Shown: positions 27,100 through 40,528, numbered from the whole stretch's first letter. The stretch is 63,875 bases of DNA, filler included, from Pirum gemmata (GCA_002812295.1; 14 parts of 14 records of this genome joined end to end with filler, not necessarily neighbours in it); one strand, 5' to 3'. A program made the numbers and translations. The notes: generated from the letters alone by a model not told the origin.

Positions 27100-28694
27100 T
27101 TTTAGCCAATGACACTGCTTACAAGTAATAATGAAAGAGCAATTGCTACCTGTTTTTATTGCGTTGCTTACGGAACAAGCTCAATTGTATGAGACAATAG
27201 CATATTGTCCATATCACCAGTTTTAATTCTTGTAAATTAAAGTAAGCTAAGATTTGGTTATGGGAATAAAAGCTATCAATGACTTGTAATAAACGCTCTA
27301 GGCGTGTTCCATCCATGGTATTGTCTTCAAGTGTGATTTAAATACACTTAAGGAATATTTCTAAATGGCCCTCTTTACCGATTATACTTGGACTAGCCAC
27401 GCGTCTCCAACGTTTTTCACCACTATTCTTTTTTAACGGTACCTCCACTCTTAAATGCTTAGTAGTCGAATATGGTTTAGTGTTCAGACAGACCGAGCCT
27501 AAGATATGTCTAACTCTAAAGCAAGCTTTAAGTAAGAGAGAAAGTATGTACACTGAAGTTGATATTGATGAAAGTGATGGTATTGATTACGACTTTCTGG
27601 TGAATAAAGTGGTTGGGCAGCCTATATATTGGATGCTAAACTGGCCAAGTTGCTGAAGGGAGGTGGAATTTAAAGAACGACAAACCTTACTCTCCAAACC
27701 CTCAAATTTTTAAAAAATTCAATTTAAACAAAAAGAAATACCACAAGAATTCAAAAATATACCTTATGTGTCTATAATTTACAAGATTGGCCTCCACATA
27801 CCAACAACAGTTGTAACAAAGAAAAGAGAGGATGTTATACAAATTATTATCTTTTTTACCATGTGCGTATTGTATTGTCAGTGTTAGTATTGTATTGTCA
27901 ATGTTAGTATAAATGAAGACGATCATAGAACGGAAAACCATGATTATGGGTTTTACGCAAAAATTCCTCATTCTTACAGTAAGGGTTTATGTACGAATGA
28001 CTTATACATTAGATATTAAAGTAGAAACTGGGAAAGAAACAGGAAGAAAAATTAGTGAACATTGGTAAAACAAAGCTTCTAGTTTTGTAGTGAAAACAAC
28101 CAACTGTAAAATGAACGTATGGTGTGTATATCAGAATAAGAGTTGATGGAAGGTGTACACATGGAGCAGGAATGTTGTGTGCTCTTTTGGTTATTTCTCA
28201 GTTGTCTCAAGTGATGATGAGGTTTTAACCACTTGTACTAGTAGTTGCAAAGGTAACACCAAGCACTCACCAAGCTCGTGGTTATGACGATAATCACCCC
28301 AAGAATGATGCAAAGAGATCTTTGCTTTTAACAAGAGTTACAAATATCAAGCAAGGATACAAGTTTTTGAAGACGACTGGTCTGCTATTGATTATTATAG
28401 TGACAGTGATGATGATGATAATGATCATAATAATAATAATGATACTATTAATATTATTAAAGATGAATTTGATCCTACAAAGCATAGAAAAATTAAGTTA
28501 TTCGTTGGTACAGTAGTCATGAAAAGAAGACGCTTGTCAGGATTGCTATTGAAAAAGACCACTTATAATATAACAATTACCGATGAAATATCACAACTAG
28601 ACAGTGCTGTGATGTTCCAAATAGGTAAAATAAGTGCATTATTAATAAACAAAGAAATAAATAACGTAAACAAACAACCAAACAAGCAAATATA
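27100..28694 (+). pseudogene. Possible degenerate coding sequence of unknown type
   Basis: Higher-complexity DNA with protein-like open stretches, e.g. about 28315-28694 KEIFAFNKSYKYQARIQVFEDDWS..FVGTVVMKRRRLSGLLLKKTTYNITI, separated by stops and frameshifts. Confidence 0.35.
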
Positions 28695-28734
28695 AAAACA
28701 AAATAAAAAAAACAAAACAAACAAACAAAACAAA

Positions 28735-28784
<50 letters not shown>

Positions 28785-29017
28785 AAAAAAAATGAGAAAA
28801 AAGTAGACCCCGATCAGGGTGGCCAAAAAGACTAGGAAAATAATCAGATAGTCTACCGTATAGTTTACCGTTTACGGGTAGGTATCTTTACTCTAAAATA
28901 TCGAGTCTGTTTTTATGACGCAACCGCCCAGAAGTCTATAATAATATGTATATATCCGATAACAAACAACTGAATCTTTAGTTGTTTTTTCATATAGTAA
29001 AAATATTCACAAATAGT

Positions 29018-29925
29018 ACTAAATCGATAATATTCTCTTTCAAAAATAGTCTATTTGACATAGTCTATTTGACACTATGTATTGTTGTTGGTGTATTTTC
29101 GTATGGGTGTCACTTTGCTGTATTTCCATGCCGATTATGACCTGTGCTACTCTTAAGTGTTTCAGTGGGTACTGTTTGTTGATGGCGTCTATCAGTGTAG
29201 TGTCTGGTCCACATTTGTATACGTCGTCTACATACAATCCTACTGCCGTTTTGCCACCAGGTGATATCGCTTCCACTAGGTGTATGGTATAGTTGTATTG
29301 TCGTATTACATTACTCATGCTTTGGTTAAAGAGCATGGATGCACATGCTTACCGTACATAGCTTACATTCTTAGGTTCGACTAAAATGTAATTCGATTCA
29401 GCTCGAACATGGATATACTTACTATTAAAACAATAGGTTCGACTAAATCGATAATATATTCTCTTTCAAAAATAGTCTATTTGACATAGTTTATTTGACA
29501 TTGAGTGGCGCGAAAATGTGCCATAGCTACAATAAATTCTGCTTCGTTTTGTTGTATTGCTACATTGTTTGTTTGTTTTGCTTTCCAATCTACTACTGCG
29601 TTATTGTATAGTACCCTATTGAAGTTGGTTTATAACGTTCTGTATGTATTGTTGGTGTATTTTCGTACTAAATCGATAATATTCTCTTTCAAAAATAGTT
29701 ATTTGACATAGTCTATTTGACACTATGTATTGTTGTTGATGTATTTTCGTATGGGTGTCACTTTGCTGTATTTCCATGCCGATTATGACCTGTGCTTCTC
29801 CTAAGTGTTTTAGTGGGTAGTGTTTGTTGATGGCGTCTATCAGTGTAGTGTCTGGTCCACATTTGTATACGTGTTTACATACGATTAATCCTACTGCCGT
29901 TTTGCCACCAGATGATATCGCTATG
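29018..29925 (-). mobile_element. Rearranged Ty1/copia retrotransposon remnant: two RT fragments and one RNase H fragment
   Basis: VGLYVDD..GPD..LKHLRVAQVIIGMEI..IHQQQYI matches the copia RT core (29075-29340, duplicate 29724-29920). AVVDWKAKQTNNVAIQQNEAEFIV (about 29525-29605) matches the copia RNase H motif W.SK.Q..VA.S..EAEY. Confidence 0.85.
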
Positions 29926-30491
29926 CATGATTCTACTGCATTAGAAAAATGTAAAATAGATTGTAAGTAAATTTTTGTAAAAACTGTTTAGAAGTAATTT
30001 TATTCAAAAGTTCCATTCTATTTCCGCGTTTTATTCTTTTTCATAATTCTAAATTTTCTATTGCAAACGATAAAGATAAGTGTTTAAGTGTTTTGTGGAT
30101 GATAAAATAAATAAAAGGGGTATATTATTGTGAATATTTTATTATGAAAAAAACAACTAAAGATCCAGTTATTGTTATATATCATATATATATAATTTNN
30201 NNNNNNNNNNNNNNNNNNNNNNNNNNNNNNNNNNNNNNNNNNTTAATTAATTAANNNNNNNNNNNNNNNNNNNNNNNNNNNNNNNNNNNNNNNNNNNNAT
30301 TATTAATAATTATTATTAATAATTATTAATAATAATAATGAATAATAATAATTAATAATAATAATTAATAATTAATAATAATAGTAAAGAGTTGTAAAAT
30401 GGCAATAATAGTACAATAATGATACAAATTAAAATGTATTAATTAAAATGTATTTTTAATAATGATTTTTATATAATATAAAACTAAATAG

Positions 30492-32282
30492 ATTGACCTT
30501 TTACACGATTAATGGGTCGCAATCAGCTTTACTAACAAATCGCTGGGGTTATAGCCGTGCTTCTGCAACGGCAATGGGTTCTTCTTTTCAAATTCTATGT
30601 TATGCATTTTGTATTTTAGGTAATCGATTTTTAATGATTATTATAAATTAATTTAAAAAAATTAAACAATAATATTTATTAAAAATAATCAGTAAAATTT
30701 AATGTTTAGGTTTGTTTTATTTGTTTAAAATTAACATTAAAAAAATCAATCAAAAATTCTTTGTGATTAACATTATATAATTTTTTGAATTTTATTAACA
30801 GGTGGGTGGTTAGCCGACTCTTTTTTTGGCCGTTACAAGACCATCCTCGGGTTTACGTCCTTTTACATTGTTGGTTGTGCCATGGCAGCCATTTCCACTT
30901 ACCCTAGCATTGATAATCAAGCACTATACTTTGTAGGCGTATTCGTGTTTATTGCTTTAGGTACTGGGGGTATTAAGCCTAACATTTCAAATTTTGGCGC
31001 CGATCAATACGTCACAAATGGACCAAATGAGGCTGATAATGCAAGAGAGCGTAAAGAGCAAGCGCAATTTTTTTCTTGGTTTTATTTAATGATCAACGTT
31101 GGGGCTGCTGTATCTTACGGTTATTTGGCAACGTTGGCAAGTAGTGGAGGGGGGAGTATACCTAAAGAGGATGGTTACTTTGCTGCATATATGATCGCTT
31201 TTGGATGTATGTTTATAGCTCTTGTTATTTTTCTTGCTGGTACACCTAGATACATTAAAAAACTTCCTGCTGGTAACTCAATTCACGGTTTAGTGTATTT
31301 TATATGGGAAAGTGCTAAACGAAATAAAAAAGGAAAATTTTCTGTTTTAGGTTGGATTTCTTTGATCATATTCGTACTCTTAGCCTTTTCCAGTGCTTTT
31401 CTTGGAAATGACGTGGATTCTCAAAAAATAATAAGTTACATTGCTTTGGGTATAGGGGTCTTTGCCACTTTTACCTTGAGCGTTTGCCACGTAAATAATG
31501 ACCATTTGATAGGAATTCCAGACCATGAAAGTGGTATTATGACCAACTTGGAAGCAAGAGGAACTTTAGATTGTTTCCCAATTATTTTAATAATTAACAT
31601 TTGCTTTAATCTTATGTATAATTGTATGAATGGTCCATGGCAAGCACAGGTAATTCTTGTTTCGTTTGTTTCTTTTATTATTTATTCGCTTAGTTTTTTT
31701 TTTGTTATGGGTTGTTATGATTGTTGTTTAGTTTTTACTTTGTTGTTCTTGTTATAATTATATTCTTTGTTTATTTGTAATCTTATGATTTTTTACTTAT
31801 TTGTCATCTTATCTTATAATTATGATTTTTGTTCTTGTTCTTGTTCTTGTTTTTATTTTTTGTTTTTTACACTTTAGTTGTCCTATTATTTATAATCACT
31901 ATTTTTTTTAACATTAGCAACATAATATTATATATATGAAATCATAGGCTTGCCAAAGTAACATTTTGATTGGTGGCACTCAAATTAATGGTTCATTCTT
32001 TAATATAGCTGATTGTTTTGCCATTATAGTTTTTGTTCCTATTTTTGAGTACTTTCTGTTCCCATTCCTTCAAACTCGTGTTTTAAAACGAGAAATTACT
32101 CGAACTGAGAAAATTATTGCTGGTTTAACAGTGGGTAGTTTGGCTATTGTTTTTTCAATTATTGGAGAGATTCTTAGAAGAAACTCTGGCTTAATGGAAC
32201 CTTTAGTGCAAAGTAATTGTGCCAATGAAGGTAAACATAATTTACTGTTATTGTTATTATTGTTATTATTGTTATCATCAAT

Positions 32283-32326
<44 letters not shown>

Positions 32327-32941
32327 GAAATTTCATTAATTATATCATAATATTCCGCTTTACTTATTTACGCTTTCGATTTTCAATTCTGCTCGTTTTA
32401 TAAATTATATTCAGGTTCGTATTTGAGCAACTTCTCTGGTATTTACATGTTTCTTCCTTTTGGATTAATGGGAATAGCCGAGATCCTTATCAACCCTCCT
32501 ATATTACACTTTAGTTATGATCAAGCTCCACCTAGAACGCGTAGTTTGACACAAGCCTTCAACATGGTTTGCTTAGGTTAGTATATAATTTAATTAAAAT
32601 CTTCAAAATTTAATATCGAAAAAGAAGTTTTACATTTTTGTTGGGGTTTAAATTTTGTTTACTTACTGCTTTTTACTTTTAATTTATTAATATAAACAGG
32701 TACAGTATCAAATTCCTATACTGGTCCTGTCACTTTAGCAATGCAAAAGTACGTCCCTGATAACCTTGATGCCGGCCATGTTGAATATCTATACATTGTA
32801 TGTATTGTATGTGGATTACTAGGGATCCCATTGTTTCTTATTCTTAATAAGCACTTTGTCGAAAAAGAGTGGGTTGATGAAGAAGAAGAATCTCCACCCT
32901 CTTACTCAGACAAAGAATCTGAAATGGTGAAGGAATACTAA
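30492..32941 (+). CDS. POT/PTR2-family proton-dependent oligopeptide transporter, 5'-truncated; exons 30492-30619, 30802-31649, 31948-32230, 32415-32576, 32700-32941
   Basis: GGWLADSFFGRYKTI, ALGTGGIKPNISNFGADQY, FFSWFYLMINVG, GIAEIL..FSYDQAPPRTRS, NLDAGHVEY; all introns GT-AG and in frame. Confidence 0.95.
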
Positions 32942-33007
32942 AAATATTGATAATGTGTGTGTGTGTGTGTTTTGCTTGATAGTATTATATTTGACATTAC
33001 ACTCACA

Positions 33008-33041
<34 letters not shown>

Positions 33042-34729
33042 TTAATTGGGTGTATTATGATCCAAGTAATCTATATACAACAACAACAACAACAACAACA
33101 ACAACATGGAACCAGATGTGGGTCTTTCGGCCCTTATAATTTAAAAAATATTGGTAAAACAAAAACAAAAAAGCAAAACCACAAACAATAATTCACATAA
33201 ATACAATTGCTTTATTAAAATCAATACCAGCCAAATGAAATTATTCTTTGATGACTATGGTATCGTATATCATTACTTGGAACTGACAATAAATATAAAG
33301 GTGGTAGTTTACTCCCATCAGTAATAAAACTATTATTAGACTATCGATAATATTAATGTTATTATTATTATTATTATAAATGTTATTTTTATTGTTATTA
33401 TTATTATTGTCATTTCTGTTGTTGTTGGTTTTACCGGGGCAGTTGTAATACCGTTGTTTCGAAGAAGAAGAAGAAGATGATGATGTATGTGTCTTGTTGG
33501 TGTGTTGGTGTTTTCCATGTTGTTGTTGGGTAGTGACAGGAACATGTTGTTGGTTTGTTTTGTTTTTGTGTTTTGTCACTTTTGTGTCCTGTTTTTTAGA
33601 GGCTTCAAATTAAATATAACTAATTAGACTACTGGTAAGGTTCATTTATGTTGAAGAAAACTACGGTACAAAAAACATAGGCTTTTGATAGTTTTGATTG
33701 CTGTTAATTAAAATAACTGCAAGAGCAAAATGAAAAGGATTGTTTTTTTAGGGGTATTGCTGTTTAGACTGTTTAAAAACTGCAAATGATAATAATGGGG
33801 AAAAAAATGATGATCTAACTTCTGAAGGGTTGAAGTGTAGGGTGTAGGGGGGGGGGGTTGAGACTCGAGAGAGATTCAACTGGAAGAAGAAATATGAGTT
33901 TGATGTGATTAGATGGCTGCCGAATAAAACGAAAATGGTTTTTTGCTTCGAATTACCATGAAAGAGGTTAGATTACTGTTTAGAGTGGTAGTTAGACTCT
34001 ATGCTATCTATCATACATTTATAAGTTTGCTTGCTACAAATAAACAATTAATTTATAAATAATCACTACTATGATAATTTATTTATAAATAAACATCGAC
34101 CCCAGGAATATAATATTTGGTTACTATTTGGATCCTATATTATCCTTATTATCCTAAAAATCCTTGAATTATTCCCAGGAATCTTTTTCCTGGGTGGCCC
34201 CAGGGTGGGGTCTTGATTCTTGAAAGAGAAAAATGAGACTGAAAAATGCTAAGATAGAGTCTAGTTAGCTAGTCTGCCCAGAGTCTAGTTACCTATATGT
34301 CATAGCTAGCTAGCTAGCTAGCTAGCTACTACTAGCTAGGTCCAGGTCTCATGATCTCTCATGATTTATCTATCAGATTCAGATAGCATGATTTATTCAT
34401 TCAGATTTATTCATGGGTAGATCCAAGGACTTTTAAATTTTGAAGTCCTTGGTAGGTCTCATGATTTATTTTGTCACTTTGAATATTTATTTGGTGGGTT
34501 ATATCCATAACACTTAAAAATACTAATAATAATAATAATAATAATANNNNNNNNNNNNNNNNNNNNNNNNNNNNNNNNNNNNNNNNNNNNTTAATTAATT
34601 AANNNNNNNNNNNNNNNNNNNNNNNNNNNNNNNNNNNNNNNNNNNNAGAATAATGAGTGAGTTAAAAGATAATGATTCTAATTCTTGGAATCATTATCTT
34701 TTAACTCACTCATTATTCTTTTAACCTTT

Positions 34730-35952
34730 TTTTGGTAGAGATAATAATAAAAATATATGAAACACGACTATTCTCAAGACAACTCTTGGACGTCGTTAGT
34801 TACTAACTAACGATGACCTGTCTTATGCATGCTTACAGAATGTTCTTGTATGCTGCAGCCACTTTTGCTGATGGTCGTATTAGCATATTTAGTGGTTTAA
34901 ACACGGCTATAGTCTATAATCACCAAAATAATTCTTGGGCGTCTTTGGTTAGTATGCTTGAAGTAAGTTATTATTGTGCTCGAGCCACGTTAGCTGATGG
35001 TCGTATTGACGTATTTGTTGGTAGAGATAATAAAAAAATTAAATTAAACACGACAATTCTTGGACATCGTTAGTTAGTAACTAACGACTTCCAAGAATTG
35101 TCTTAAGTATGCTTACAGAACGTTCTTGTTATACTGCAGCTACTTTTGCTGATGGTCGTATTAGCATATTTAGTGGTGTAGATGATAAATATTTAAACAC
35201 GGCTATATTCTATAATCCCCAAAATAATTCTTGGGCGTCTTTGGCTAGTATGATTAAAGTAAGTTATTATTGTGCTCGAGCCACGTTAGCTGATGGTCGC
35301 ATTGACGTATTTGGTGGTAGAGATAATAATAAAATTAAATTAAACACGGCTATTCTCAAGACAATTCTTGGACATCGTTAGTTAGTAACTAACGACTTCC
35401 AAGAATTGTCTTAAGTATGTTTACAGAACTTTCTTGTTATACTGCAGCTACTTTTGCTGATGGTCGAATTAGCATATTTAGTGGTGTAGATGATAAATAT
35501 TTAAACACGGCTATAGTCTATAATCCCCAAGATAATTTTTGGACATCTTTAGCTAGTATGCCTACAGTAAGTTATTATTGTGCTAGAGGCATGTTAGCTG
35601 ATGGTCGCATTGACGTATTTCGTGGTAGAGATTATAATAAAAATAAATTTTAAATACGGCTATTCTCAAGACAATTCTTGGACATCGTTAGTTACTAACT
35701 AACGACATCTAAGAATTGTCTTAAGTATGCTTACAGAACGTTCTTATTATTCTGCAGCCACTTTTGCTGTTGGTCATTTTAGTATATTTAGTGGTGTAGA
35801 TGATAAATATTTAAACACGGCTATAATCCTCAAGATGATTTTTGGGCGTCTTTAGCTAGTATGCCTACAGTAAGTTATTATTGTGCTAGAGTCACGTTAG
35901 CTGATGTATTTGGTGGTTTAGGTGAAAATAATAACGGTACAATTGTGCATTA
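34730..35952 (+). pseudogene. Kelch-repeat pseudogene array: four ~308-bp units, each with two Kelch-like repeats and an internal palindrome
   Basis: MxTxRS..AAT.ADGRI.(I/V)FGG.....LNTA..YNPQ.NSW.SLASM Kelch consensus; every unit carries a frameshift and a stop. Confidence 0.85.
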
Positions 35953-36106
35953 ATATAAGTATATTAATATAAGTATATGTTTTTAATTTTTGTAACATTT
36001 TTTTCTTACGCAAGCGAAATTTTCATTTTTAATTATGGGTTTAGAATGTATCTTTTTTTGCGCACGCGAAAAAATTAGACAGTACTATGGTATGTAGGGG
36101 TAAAGC

Positions 36107-36360
36107 AGGAGGGGTGAGCAAGTGGTGAGCACCCTCTTTGCGAACATTTAAGGGCGAGTGGTGAAGTGGAAGGCTATTCGCCACTTCGCAGTTAACATAA
36201 ATAGTATTTGTATAGCTATAAATAGTAGCTACTATTTTAGAAGCTTCTATTAATAGTAGCAATTATACTATTTAAAGTAATTTTAATCACAAAATTTCAT
36301 TTTGGCGAACTTTTGGTACCAGAGCCTTCAATTAGTAAAATGACGTCATCTCATCCTCCT
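36107..36360. mobile_element. MITE family C (ends AGGAGGGGTGAG..CTCATCCTCCT) with flanking duplication GGTAAAGC
   Basis: GGTAAAGC at 36099-36106 and 36361-36368; a terminal fragment of the family at 38835-38863. Confidence 0.8.
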
Positions 36361-36387
36361 GGTAAAGCGTAGTTTCAGTATAATTTA

Positions 36388-36558
36388 GACATAAATGATA
36401 AGTTGGTACAAAATTTTAATTTGGTATGTTTTAGTATTAACCGCATTCGGATAATTCAGATGGGTTTAATACTAAAACATACCAAATTAACATTTTGTAC
36501 CAATTTATCACTAAAACATACCAAATTAACATTTTGTACCAATTTATCATTTATGTCC
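36388..36558. repeat. Fold-back inverted repeat (~53-bp arms) with a tandem duplication in the right arm
   Basis: GACATAAATGATAAGTTGGTACAAAA..TTAGTATTAA pairs with TTAATACTAAAA..TTTATGTC. Confidence 0.8.
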
Positions 36559-38032
36559 AAATTTTATCTATAAATTGACAGTCCCTAGTTCTACCCCTAT
36601 TCATAATAAATTTCTATTTATCATATTTGGTGTGGTTTACTAATCATTACGAAAAGGCTTTTGCAAATTTCGCAGTAGTTTAAATACTTTAATTTAAAAA
36701 ATAAGTTGTTGTTTTCGCACCCTTTTAGTGTCCCTGTAAATAGTGGGGCAATTGTTAAAATGCAGGGTTTGGCCAAGGCTTCCCATAAAGTGACGTCGCC
36801 ATAAATATTTTTTTTGGCTGTATTTTCAGTCAATTTACACTCAATTTACCCCCAAAAGTATCATTTTTTAATCATGAGGTAGGTTCAATACTAACTAAAA
36901 TTTTTATAATTATATAATTATATTAATAATGCTATATATTAATTCTTTTAGTTTTTGTTTTATTGTAAGTGTTTAAATTTTATCAATAATAACCCGTATG
37001 ATCCATAAAATTTATGTACAATAGGTGTTATTATTATTACTACAATGTCATGGGCATTTTACTAATAATATTGTAGGGAAGAGTAGTAACACTGTAGTAC
37101 TCAAATTTTAGTCTGGGTACCCGCTGATGGGTTCATATTATATTTGAAATATTTACCCTAACCCATCCAGTAGTAACACTGTAGTAACAGCTGTAGTAAC
37201 CCATAGTTAACCCATCCTTTTTAAAAATAATTATTTAAAAAAAAAATGTAGCCTTATTCGGAATCCTGCGGGGAACAAGCTTTTCAAAATTTGCAACTCT
37301 TGTTAGTTAGATAAGGAATTATTATGCGAATTTATAAGCTCGAGCTCGTATCACTTTATAAATATATGACATACAGAACTTCCGATATAGTACTGTTTCT
37401 TTCAAGTCAACAAAATTTAATGCAAAATAAAAAATCGAAAATGACTGGTCTAAATAAATTAAAATAGTTGATACTAGTCTATATATGCTATTCGATGTAA
37501 TCAGATGTAATCATGATTCATCATTATAAAAATAACCAGAAGGGTATACGTATATATGTAACGTCATGTTGTAATTTTATAATTACTTGTAGTCTAAACT
37601 CTAACTCTATAGTTGATTATAATAAATAAGTAGTCTACTATGATAGTTTTAATGTGGGTTTCTGCTGCATAACTAGTAGCTGTTTGGGGAACATTCATAA
37701 ATGACGTCACTTATTCTATGATAGAAGTCATTGCTCGAAAGTGTGACTTAAACTGTTTTAGGCAGTAATTAATTATTAAAATGAACTTTAAAATTATGAC
37801 AAAGAGGCATAGGTAAGATTAGGTGACGTCCTTTAATATGGATGAGTCGGATAAGTGATGGAATGTGATGGATAAGACTGGATAAGTGATGATATGAATA
37901 TCATTGGAATATTATTTTTAAAAAATATTATTGGATGCAGTAAGCTTCCAAAAGTGGTAACGCAGTGTAAATCCAAAAGTGGGTTTGTCCATAGAAGGAC
38001 CAACTATTTTAGGTGGGACTAGCTAGAGTCAC

Positions 38033-38338
38033 TAGACTTCTCCGAATTCTGCCCCTAAAACTCGACTTTCTGCTTCTGCCTTCTGCCCCGAAAAGCTCGA
38101 TTTCTGCCGAGCAGAATTACTGGTCTGTTGGCATGTTCGAAATTAATTTTTTCGCGTTTATTAATAAATATATAGGTTTGAAAATTTCGATGTTATATTT
38201 TTATAATGGTAGAATCAATCTCTTTTTTTTTTTTTTTTCAAAAAAATTATTTTTGATCGAGTTACAGAGGAAAAGCACCATTCTGCCATTTCTTGAAAAA
38301 GGCCAAATTCTGCCCGGGCAGAATTCGGTGTAGGGGTA
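38033..38338. mobile_element. MITE family B (TIR ACTTCTCCGAATTCTGCCC), about 300 bp; copies at 49623-49939, partial 45043-45128, diverged about 48505-48720 and 61205-61385
   Basis: Inverted ends bounded by TA and a conserved interior in several contigs. Confidence 0.8.
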
Positions 38339-40493
38339 TGTAGGGCTGGTATATGTAGCCAATGTAAGATCTTATGCAGGGAAGTATAGTGGCAGTATCT
38401 ACCAGTAAATTACGGCGGCAATCTCTAGAATTAATTCCCTACTCGAATCCCTAGACCTGATACATTAGGTAGGGGTGAAATATCTACTGCAACTTTTTTC
38501 GAACAGATGCTTATCGAGCCAACCTTAGTTCCGTGTTTCTTACTAATAATAGCAGTTAAATAGCTTAAAAAAATAAATCAAATTATAATAGATACCAATT
38601 AAAGAAACAATATTAACATCGGAAAAGTTCCGGCAGCTGTTCGGTAATAATAAAATGACGTCATCTCACCCCTACTCCCAATACTGAGCATTTCCAATCA
38701 GTGATAATACGAGTATTTTGGGTTACCAATAATAATAATACGAGGATTTTGGGTTATCTATATTAAGTAAATTTATGGATACCATTTATAGACTGTGGTT
38801 GAAATTTTAGGCATTTTCAGTTGGCATTTTTTAAGGAGGGGTGAGAACTCTTATGGCGAACTTNNNNNNNNNNNNNNNNNNNNNNNNNNNNNNNNNNNNN
38901 NNNNNNNTTAATTAATTAANNNNNNNNNNNNNNNNNNNNNNNNNNNNNNNNNNNNNNNNNNNNTTGTTGCTGCTGCTGCTGTTGTAGTTGGATATTTTTC
39001 TCTCTCGTTTTATGTTTTATATAAATTTTCAAATAAAAAAATAAAATAAAAAATAAAAGTAATAAATCTTAGTTATCGATAAATCTTTATTTATAATAAT
39101 ATTATAATACCTGGTATGTAAATAAATATAATATTATTATACTAATATTATTATGATCTACGAATCAATATATTTCTGACTATATTTTTCTACATAGCAG
39201 ATGCAGGAAAAACCATCGAATCGAGTCTAGTTCGAAAAACCATCGAATCAATACCAGTTCGAAACTTTCGAAATTTTTTGATCTAATGTTTTTTAAAAAA
39301 GAAATTTCATAGAAAAAATTGAAACTCGAAAAAAAAAGAATATCATTTCAAAATTGTCACTATTTTTTCAATAATGAGCTGTTTGAGTGCTGTTTGATTC
39401 GATTATACTTTCCCGTAAAAAAAAAAAAAAAAAAAAAAAAAAATATTATTTCATCGTTAACAAAAGGGGTTTTTTTTTTTTTTTTTTTTTTTTGAACTTC
39501 TTGATAGCACAAGTTGCACAACACAAAACCAGAATATTATAATAAAAAAGTGGAATATATTATAATAACAATAATACTTTTTTTATTATGTATATTATGT
39601 TAATCATTATTTTTATTAATAATTAGTATCATTATTACCATTATGCATCTTTATAAAAATCATATTACGTTTATTTTTGTTTTACTTACAATTAATATTT
39701 ACGATAATATCATATTAATTAATTAATAAGCGTCGAAGACTGGAATATACAAATAATAATAATAGCCATGAACATAATAGAAAGCGGTAAACGGAAGGTT
39801 TTATAATCCCTTACTACTACTCTATGAGCAATTTTTCACACAGTTAATGTTGGTTGTCTATATTAAAATATTAAATAATATCATTAATGTTTCTGGTCTT
39901 TGAATTTTATCACAAATCTTAAAAGCATTTAAAACTGATGCGATCTTTGTATTCTTTTACTCTGGTTGACTTTCGAAACTGTTCCTGTTTTACTTTTCCT
40001 TGATGTTTGAATAATTAATAAACGATTTATTAATTATTCAAGGGAAATCCCATTTTTGTTAGTTAAAATCATTGAATTTAAGTTGGACAAAATTTAATAT
40101 GAAAAATGTAGATGTACTTACAAGATTACCCAAACTTTACCCAACTTGATCACTTTGGAATTTTATCAAGACATTTGTTTTACCTATTATTAATAAATGA
40201 TGTTAATTAATATATTCAAAAAACTCTCTAATTATATATAGCAATCACAACACAAAACCAGAATAAAAAAAAATAAAATTAGTATCATAACAATAATATT
40301 ATATAATAATCATAATGGCAATACTATTATATTGTATTAATGGCATTGATTATATTAATTATTAATAGTATTTTATTTATGATAGTATACATATATAAAT
40401 TAATGATGCTAAGCAATATTTTAATATTTTTATTTTTTTAATTAATTAAAACATTTATAATTATTCAAATAAATAAATAAATAAATAAAAAAA

Positions 40494-40528
<35 letters not shown>

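Noticed and set aside
24380..28694. Stop-codon reassignment explaining interrupted ORFs
   Set aside because: Conserved genes (REV1, RPL21, transporters, PPP) have no in-frame stops and end in TAA/TAG; the interrupted regions also contain frameshifts.
33241..33579. 112-aa Q/N/S-rich minus-strand ORF
   Set aside because: Low-complexity, non-ATG start, no domain or splice support.
34730..35952. CRISPR-like array (regularly spaced palindromic repeats)
   Set aside because: The intervening ~250-bp segments are near-identical Kelch-coding sequence, not unique spacers; no cas genes; eukaryotic context.
39830..40200. Second LRR-like remnant
   Set aside because: Only scattered LxxLxxL-like pieces in different frames; too degraded to support a call.
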